From Planctomycetota bacterium (GTDB lineage Bacteria; Planctomycetota; GCA-002687715; DRQF01), in contig JAZGFI010000275.1 of assembly GCA_036479435.1 (NCBI GenBank), forward strand, positions 1-13,692: a stretch of 13,692 nt of DNA, written 5' to 3'. The notes under the pieces were generated by a model. It ran no database searches and had not been told where the DNA came from. It saw nothing but the letters and a program-made list of their open reading frames with translations. Numbering within the stretch: the first letter of the stretch is position 1; each line of letters starts with the position of its first letter. Of this stretch, positions 1 through 5,746 are shown in pieces. The position numbers and the translations under genes were made by a program.

Positions 1-860
1 TGTCCGAGTCGTTCCAAGCCAGAGCGGGCAAGAGACAATAGAGTTGCGGACTCTGCCGGGGCGGCGTCGCCGAAAGTCACGCTCTTCGAGGCATCTGTGA
101 GCCAGGCTTGAGCCTTACTGACGTCCTCCGGCATCTTGACCAACAAGCAGCAGGCGTGGCGAAGAGGTTTGACGCCGCCGAACAAGATCGTCTGTACGTC
201 GCTCGTCTCGATCGAATCGGGCCGCGGCGGTTCCGATCCAAATCTGGCGGGGATGGGATTGTCGGGTTCGTCTCGGTCTTCGTATTTGCGAAGGCGCGAA
301 TACAGGAGGTAAAGAAAAACAGCGAGGGCACCGAGGCCCATCAAGATGATGACGAAGGTCGAGACGAGAGCCTCCAAGAGCCTCGAGTACGTCAGCTCCC
401 AGACGAAAATACCGATCGCGAAGATGCCAATCACCAACAGCGCGGGCCAAAAGAAGTTGAGTCCTGGCGTCGAGATCAACTTTTGCCCGACTTGATGTCG
501 GTGTTGATTGAGAAAAAAGGCGAGGCCTAAACTTTCGGCCTTAATTTCGATCGTGCCCAAGATTTTTAAAATCGTGTCGCCGATGCAATCCACGAGAAGA
601 TCCACCGCGGCTTTCTCATGGCAGTCTATCGTCGCTTCGATGATCAGAAACGCCGAATGCGAGTCGCTATCATCCAAAACAAAAATCGACATGAAATGCA
701 CGCCGTGGTCTCTAAGAGCATCGCGGGCCTCGCCCTTTTTCAGATTCCCCAGCTCATCGAGCGCGTGATTCGCCGGATTGCAATAGACGCCAGAGAAGGG
801 AATCGCAATATTGAGGAAGGTATGGATCCTGCGGAAGTCACTTTCTATGTGAGGGCGCAC
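1..860 (-). CDS. 5' part (~286 aa visible, runs off left edge) of a membrane-anchored protein with a probable DyP-type peroxidase domain
   Basis: Manual translation: the minus frame is open from TGA at 1068-1070 to the window edge, so it is absent from the ORF track. Likely start GTG 858-860 with AGGT just upstream. N-terminal domain HTFLNIAIPF...GVHFMSIFVL...FLIIEATID; two hydrophobic helices (FWPALLVIGIFAIGIFVW, LVSTFVIILMGLGALAVFLYLLY); then DVQTILFGGVKPLRHACCLLVKMPEDVSKAQAWLTDASKSVTFG...LLSLARSGLERLG, resembling a DyP N-terminus. The GXXDG motif and proximal His are not in the window. Start codon uncertain. Confidence 0.75.
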   Translation of the reverse strand, partial: MRPHIESDFRRIHTFLNIAIPFSGVYCNPANHALDELGNLKKGEARDALRDHGVHFMSIFVLDDSDSHSAFLIIEATIDCHEKAAVDLLVDCIGDTILKILGTIEIKAESLGLAFFLNQHRHQVGQKLISTPGLNFFWPALLVIGIFAIGIFVWELTYSRLLEALVSTFVIILMGLGALAVFLYLLYSRLRKYEDRDEPDNPIPARFGSEPPRPDSIETSDVQTILFGGVKPLRHACCLLVKMPEDVSKAQAWLTDASKSVTFGDAAPAESATLLSLARSGLERLG

Positions 861-968
861 CAAGTACCTGAATTTGAACTTTCGAGCGCGTGCGGATGGT
901 ACTTTGCCAAGCGCGTGGGCGCGAGTGCCGGACCCTCGGCCGCCTCCTCCGCGGGCTCCGTCCGCAAC

Positions 969-987
969 ATTGGGGTCCGACCCCAAT
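969..987. repeat. Perfect palindrome ATTGGGGTC-C-GACCCCAAT (REP-like)
   Basis: 9-bp arms around a 1-nt spacer, read directly. A degenerate version (AATTGCGTCCGACCCCAAT) is at ~5572-5590. Confidence 0.7.
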
Positions 988-1081
988 CCCGCGGCCTCAC
1001 GTCTCAATGGCAGGGGGAATCCCAGTCGAGAGTGAAGGATGGGGAGATCCGCGATGGCGTGCAGAATTCAGTGGGGCTCGC
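975..1081 (+). repeat. Direct repeat, left copy (degenerate duplicate of the upstream region and first codons of the 5718 gene)
   Basis: Aligns to 5578..5746 with the first 24 nt identical, about 5 transitions, 2 single-base indels and one 62-bp deletion. Contains GGGGAG plus ATG(1054)GCGTGCAGAATTCAG = MACRIQ, then a 1-nt frameshift. Confidence 0.93.
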
Positions 1082-1174
1082 AAACATCAAAAGAATGCCT
1101 CGGATCGGATGCACGGCGGCCGCCTTCATCCTTCTCCCGATTGGCTTTCACGGCACCGCTCGACCGACGCCGAT

Positions 1175-1687
1175 CTAGGTGCGGGTCTCGATCGTTTTCG
1201 TGACCTCGTCAAAGGTCTTCAAATCTCGCTTCAGTCCTGGACTGGTTTTCTTTTCGCGCTCAAATCGATCGCGGAAAGTCTTGATCGCGGTGGTCGCGGC
1301 TCTCGGGCCGAACTTCTCAAGACACAGAACCGTGACTTTGCCTTCTGATAAGGGCAGGTCGGTCTTTGTTAGATGAGCTTGCAGCGCTTTTGCCGCCTTC
1401 GGATCATCGATTCGGCCCAATGATCGAATAGCGTTGGCGCGGTACTCGACGCGATCGTGCCCCAAGAGATCCGCGAGGACTTTGACGCAGCCAACATCGG
1501 CGACATGACCCAAAAGGCCAATGGCGTTCTTGCGCATGTAGCGGTCGGCCTTCGACTCCTTTCCGTTCGCAATCCGAAGGAGGATCGGACGCATCTCGTC
1601 GGCGTTGGCCACAAGGCTCTCGATTGTCCCGGGCTCAAAGTCGATCCCGGCGAGCACCGAAAGAAGACGTTTTTCTTGGATAGACAT
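1175..1687 (-). CDS. HEAT/PBS-lyase-like repeat protein (~170 aa)
   Basis: Repeats YMRKNAIGLLGHVADVGCVKVLADLL and EYRANAIRSLGRIDDPKAAKALQAHL. Preferred start ATG 1687 (MSIQEKR) with SD AAGGGG abutting the upstream stop codon, rather than 1738, which overlaps the upstream gene. Confidence 0.88.
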   Translation of the reverse strand: MSIQEKRLLSVLAGIDFEPGTIESLVANADEMRPILLRIANGKESKADRYMRKNAIGLLGHVADVGCVKVLADLLGHDRVEYRANAIRSLGRIDDPKAAKALQAHLTKTDLPLSEGKVTVLCLEKFGPRAATTAIKTFRDRFEREKKTSPGLKRDLKTFDEVTKTIETRT

Positions 1688-1700
1688 TTCGAAATCCCCT

Positions 1701-4700
1701 TTAGAGAACGTAGCTCGTGGCCCGGTCCCGCGACTCATCTACTTCATCGTCGATAAAGTCGTTGCGGCCAGCTCCGGCAACCGCGTTCATGATCTTGTCC
1801 GACTCCGTGGCTGTACAAGCCGCATTCAGGCGACTTCCACCTATCGCGGCGCAGAGATGGGGCAGCGTGAGAAAGTGCCCGATTTCGTGAGTCAGAGCGT
1901 TCACGTAAGTACGCCAGTTACTTCGGGTGTTGTTCCCTGCCCCGGCGTCGATGAGATTCGGCATCCAAGCGGCTCCGGTTTGCCCGGGCTCGCCGGGATC
2001 TCCATCTGCCACACCCCAGGCAAAAGACACATCAAAACCCACCAGCATGTAGATGTTGAGATGGCCGTCGACGTTGAATTTGGAGCTCAGGGTCCGAAGC
2101 ATGCCGCCGGGGTTTTGGGCTGGGAAGGGCATCGTGATCTGGTCGTCGTCGATCAACTGGTCCCTAATTTCGGCGAGTACAAATTGGATTCCGGCTTGGG
2201 AGGTGACGTGGTTCACGGTGTACCCGATGCGATGCGCCAAGAGGTCCGAGTTTATAAAGAGGTCTCGAATGTCCGCCTCAGTGGCGTTGGTTCCCGTGGT
2301 TCCGTCGTCTTCGCTGAACATTCGATGAACGATGACGGGTACTAATCGTGGGCTGAAGGGGTAGGCCAAATCGAGTTCGAGTGACTCAGATTCCTCGCCG
2401 TCAGGGTTGATGATTTTGATCGAGTGTTGGCCAGGTCCGATGTTCGCATCGAAGAGCTGATTTTGGCTCGGCAAAAACCCCGTCACGACCTGAGACGTCA
2501 CGGTTGAGGCGGCGATCTCGTAGCCTTCGAAAGAGATGCGGGCGCCGGCGCTGAATCCGTTGCCATTGAGCGTAACGGGCTGTCCTGGGATGACGTCGGT
2601 TGCGGAGACTTCATTGAGCCGCGGCAAGATCGTGAGCGTGACAGCGTTGCTTTCGCCGCCGTCCGACTGCCGCACGTGTACCGGGTGGCCACCGCCATCG
2701 AGGTCGAATTCGGCCTCGAACCGCAAGGTGCGGTCGCTTAGAAAAGTCGTCGTAACCGGAACTCCGTCGACGTAGACCTGATCGTTCGTGCTGAAGTTTT
2801 CGCCCTCAACGAGGATGTACTGCCGATCCTCGCCGCCGGAAAGACTGGGGACGCTGCGATTTGGATCGAGCCGCAGAACCCAAGGCTGGTTCAAAAGGAG
2901 ATCCCATTCCTCTTGCGAGTAGAGGACGGGCGGGTAGAGGAGCCCGTCGTGGCCCTCTTCGTCTCCGTGACCTTCCGAAATTCCATTGGCGGCCAAGTTG
3001 GGATCAGAGTGGATCGGATACTCCGCAGCTAGTTCCCCCGTGTCTCCATCGCGGCCTTTGTCCCCATCGGCACAAAGCTCCCACCAATTATTGATGCCTT
3101 TGCCTCCACCCTTACCGCCAGCACCGCCGAGCCCGAGCGGGCCCGGTTCCCCTCGTGCGCCGCCTCCGATATCGATGTGTGAAGCACGCGAATACACCTG
3201 AGATTCGTTCTCGGCCAAGATGCCGACCGTCAAGGAGCCGCCGTCGCCACCATTGCCTCCCTTGCCGCCCATACCGCCATTTCCGCCGTCGCCGCCATCT
3301 CCGCCGTCGCCGGGGGACTTGGTGCAGAAGACGAATCCTTCTCCGGTCACGCCGCGGGCCCCATCGCCGCCCTCACCGCCGCGTTGGCCGCGTCCGCCGC
3401 GACCCCCAAGCTGTCCGTCGAGATGGATGTCCGGCAATCCACCCGGCAATTCAAGCGTGTAAACCTCGACGTTCGGCCCGCGGTGGCCGGCATTCCCCGT
3501 GAATCCGGTGAGACCGTCCGTACCGTCGCCGCCGTCCCGGCCGTCGTTGTGCGATCCGTAGTCCGCACCTTTTCCCGCGGCGGCGCTGTGTTCCGTTGCT
3601 GAAACGATGGGCGTGGGTTCAAATTCGATGACCGCACCGTCGCCGTAGATGATGCGTTCGGCGATGATGATGAAGTTGTCGATACTCTTGTCGATGATGA
3701 TACGCCGCTGGCTGAGATCCAATTCCGTCGCGATCAAGACCGCCTCGTTGACCGGCCAATCTTCAGAATCGATATGGGTGTGACTGAAGGTCGATATGTT
3801 GACGGACACAAAGCGGGCTTCCAGCCAACCGAGATAGCCAACGTCGACGAGGTTTCTTGGCTCCGGCAAGTAAAGCCCGCGTTGGATCGACATATCGTGA
3901 CTGAGTTTGAGCGTGCCGACTTTCGAAAGATCGCAGATCCCGGACTTCTTGAGCAGTGCTTTGACGTTCAGAAGCTTTTGGTTGTGAAACGTCGCCTCCA
4001 GAAACCCAAACTTAGGAATCCGGTAGCCGAGTTCTTGCGATGTCAGCGTCTTCGCAAGTTTTCTTTGCGCCGCGCGTGATGTTTCGAGACGTGACTTCGA
4101 AACAACAGGCGTTCCCTCTGGCCGCAATCGTGCCATGGTTTTCGCCTGGTAGGCCCAGCGGTAGAGGTCGGCTTTGGCGATTTGGTCAATGACGCTCTCC
4201 TCGACGCAGCGGCCCTTCTTCAGTTCGTCGAACCGGCGGCCCAGATAGCGCGGGTCGAGTTCGGCGAGTCCGACGAGGCCCTTGATGTTTAGGTGATCTA
4301 CTAGCACATCAGTCGTCTTTTCGCTGACACCAAGGCGCGCCAATTGTGCGTGGTGGACGTCACGCATGAGGACGGTTTTCGAGACCTGAGATTTGTCGCC
4401 GGATTCGATCGTAATTTTAGTACCGGCGGCAATAGTATCGTCGTTGGATAAGTCGGCCAGGTCCTTGTTGCTTCGTTTCAGGGTTCCCATCGCCTCTTCT
4501 AGAAGCCTCTCACGACCACTGTTGTCTGGTGCATCGCAGCAGTAATAGCGCTTGGCCACACTTCTAACGGTCGCGCCTTCTCGCGCCATGACCGCTCGTT
4601 CTCGAGCGAGCGTGCCGCGCAAGCTCTCGGAGTTCACTTCGATCTTGATGACAAAGGCCTCGCGGCGACTGGAGCCGTTGCGCACCTCGGATTGTGCGAT

Positions 4701-4976
4701 CACATCGCCGCTCGCTGAACGCACGCGGCAAAAGAGATCTGGGCCGTCGACGCCTTCTTTGCCCCCGGAGTGACCGGTATCGTCGGCGTGCAGAAGGTCT
4801 CGTTCATCGAATTCGACGCAAAATTCTCCCCGTTCGTCGGTCAGTGCCGAACCCAAACGGTTGTCGAGACTGCGGCCTTGATCGAAAACTTCGACGAGCA
4901 AATCGGCTTGCCCTTGATGGTTCTCGGCATCGAGGACCTTTCCTTCGACACGCCAAGCAGCTGGATTATTCGCCAT
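1701..4976 (-). CDS. Large multidomain zinc metalloprotease: N-terminal beta-sandwich, LysM-like segment, Gly-rich collagen-like tracts, two IPT/TIG domains, C-terminal metzincin domain
   Basis: 1091-aa ORF with SD GAGGTG. Zinc motif HEIGHFLTLPH (1857-1889) and Met-turn-like KIMN (Met 1788-1790). IPT/TIG-like segments PWVLRLDP..VEGENF..VYVDGVPV..SNAVTLTI and PRLNEVS..PGQPVTLNGNGF..IINPDGEES. G-X-Y tracts at ~3030-3585. No obvious signal peptide. Confidence 0.9.
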   Translation of the reverse strand: MANNPAAWRVEGKVLDAENHQGQADLLVEVFDQGRSLDNRLGSALTDERGEFCVEFDERDLLHADDTGHSGGKEGVDGPDLFCRVRSASGDVIAQSEVRNGSSRREAFVIKIEVNSESLRGTLARERAVMAREGATVRSVAKRYYCCDAPDNSGRERLLEEAMGTLKRSNKDLADLSNDDTIAAGTKITIESGDKSQVSKTVLMRDVHHAQLARLGVSEKTTDVLVDHLNIKGLVGLAELDPRYLGRRFDELKKGRCVEESVIDQIAKADLYRWAYQAKTMARLRPEGTPVVSKSRLETSRAAQRKLAKTLTSQELGYRIPKFGFLEATFHNQKLLNVKALLKKSGICDLSKVGTLKLSHDMSIQRGLYLPEPRNLVDVGYLGWLEARFVSVNISTFSHTHIDSEDWPVNEAVLIATELDLSQRRIIIDKSIDNFIIIAERIIYGDGAVIEFEPTPIVSATEHSAAAGKGADYGSHNDGRDGGDGTDGLTGFTGNAGHRGPNVEVYTLELPGGLPDIHLDGQLGGRGGRGQRGGEGGDGARGVTGEGFVFCTKSPGDGGDGGDGGNGGMGGKGGNGGDGGSLTVGILAENESQVYSRASHIDIGGGARGEPGPLGLGGAGGKGGGKGINNWWELCADGDKGRDGDTGELAAEYPIHSDPNLAANGISEGHGDEEGHDGLLYPPVLYSQEEWDLLLNQPWVLRLDPNRSVPSLSGGEDRQYILVEGENFSTNDQVYVDGVPVTTTFLSDRTLRFEAEFDLDGGGHPVHVRQSDGGESNAVTLTILPRLNEVSATDVIPGQPVTLNGNGFSAGARISFEGYEIAASTVTSQVVTGFLPSQNQLFDANIGPGQHSIKIINPDGEESESLELDLAYPFSPRLVPVIVHRMFSEDDGTTGTNATEADIRDLFINSDLLAHRIGYTVNHVTSQAGIQFVLAEIRDQLIDDDQITMPFPAQNPGGMLRTLSSKFNVDGHLNIYMLVGFDVSFAWGVADGDPGEPGQTGAAWMPNLIDAGAGNNTRSNWRTYVNALTHEIGHFLTLPHLCAAIGGSRLNAACTATESDKIMNAVAGAGRNDFIDDEVDESRDRATSYVL

Positions 4977-5008
4977 CTTTCTTCACCTCAAAACAACTCT
5001 CCATACCA

Positions 5009-5033
5009 GTCGTCGGTAGCCTTTGAGGATTCC
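5009..5033 (-). promoter_or_regulatory. Possible ECF-sigma-type promoter for the protease operon (GGAAT-N16-CGAC)
   Basis: Pattern match ~33-57 nt upstream of ATG 4976; short motif that could be chance. Confidence 0.2.
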
Positions 5034-5577
5034 AACGGGGTTTCCCCAAGCTTTTACGGAAGACGTGAATTGACGGTCGATCGGCGGAACGATAGGTCAA
5101 TGAGGCAGAAGGGTTTGCGAAAGGCGAGAGATGTTAATCGGCGATCAGGCACTAGCCCTAGCCATCGCCGGTACCCGGAATATTCCGGCGAGCGATCACA
5201 TCAGCGTTGCTCCGAGAATCGGAGGCCGATCTTGAGTGTCTTTTCGTCGGCTGAGGCATTGGGTAACGGTCTGTTCGCGATATCTCCGTGCAGCAAGCGA
5301 CTAACGAAAAAGAGGAGCTAGCCGCGGCGACTTCTGGCAGAGACTTCTCCAAGTCTTCGAGACAAAAAACTGCGGTCGCGGGGTTTCTCGGAATAGCCCG
5401 CCACTCTAGATATGCGGGTTCGATCCCTCGCTCGGTTCCTGGACACAGGCCCCAATGATAGCCGTGATCGCCACTGAAGTGTTGTACTCTCTATGTTGGT
5501 GTCCAACAGTGCCAGTCCTCCGCGACCAAAATGGAAACGCCGCACCATGGAGTGCTGCGGCGGAGGTGGTGAATTGC

Positions 5578-5746
5578 GTCCGACCCCAATCCCGCGGCCT
5601 CGCGTCTCAATGGCAGGGGAATCTCAGTCAAGAGACTCAATGGTTTTTTTTGAACCCACCTCGATTGGTGGACGTTCGCTTGGCGATGGTCGAGAGTGAG
5701 GGATAGGGAGATCCACGATGGCGTGCAGAATTCAGATGGGGCTCGC
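5578..5746 (+). repeat. Direct repeat, right (intact) copy covering the upstream region and first 10 codons of the 5718 gene
   Basis: Aligns to 975..1081. The extra 62 bp is bounded by microhomology GTCAAGAG (5627-5634) and GTCGAGAG (5689-5696). Confidence 0.93.
5651..5676 (+). promoter_or_regulatory. Candidate ECF-sigma promoter TGAAC-N17-CGTT preceded by a T8 tract
   Basis: GAAC 5652-5655, CGTT 5673-5676, ending 41 nt before ATG 5718. Fits the general ECF AAC...CGT pattern. Confidence 0.4.

Noticed and set aside
1100..1140. Hairpin GGATG..GGCGGCCGCC..CATCC as terminator of the HEAT gene
   Set aside because: The stem is imperfect and there is no adjacent U-tract.
108..1178. Plus-strand ORFs 108..530, 508..768 and 618..1178
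   Set aside because: They mostly overlap the more protein-like minus-strand DyP-like gene in antisense and show no recognisable motifs.
1054..1203. 49-aa ORF starting MACRIQWGSQ with an SD
   Set aside because: Frameshifted relic of the duplicated 5718 gene start running into unrelated sequence.
1688..1738. Longer N-terminus of the HEAT ORF as given in the track
   Set aside because: It overlaps the protease C-terminus, and ATG 1687 has a good SD.
1605..2345. 246-aa plus-strand ORF and other plus-strand ORFs within 1701..4976
   Set aside because: Antisense shadows of the protease gene, typical of GC-rich DNA.
3095..3585. CCGCCG-rich quasi-repeats as a tandem repeat or CRISPR array
   Set aside because: Explained by Gly codons of the G-X-Y tracts; there is no repeat-spacer periodicity.
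5414..5430. GCGGGTTCGATCCC resembling a tRNA T-arm (possible att-site remnant)
   Set aside because: Only about 3 bp of the T-stem pair, and no acceptor stem, anticodon arm or CCA is found.
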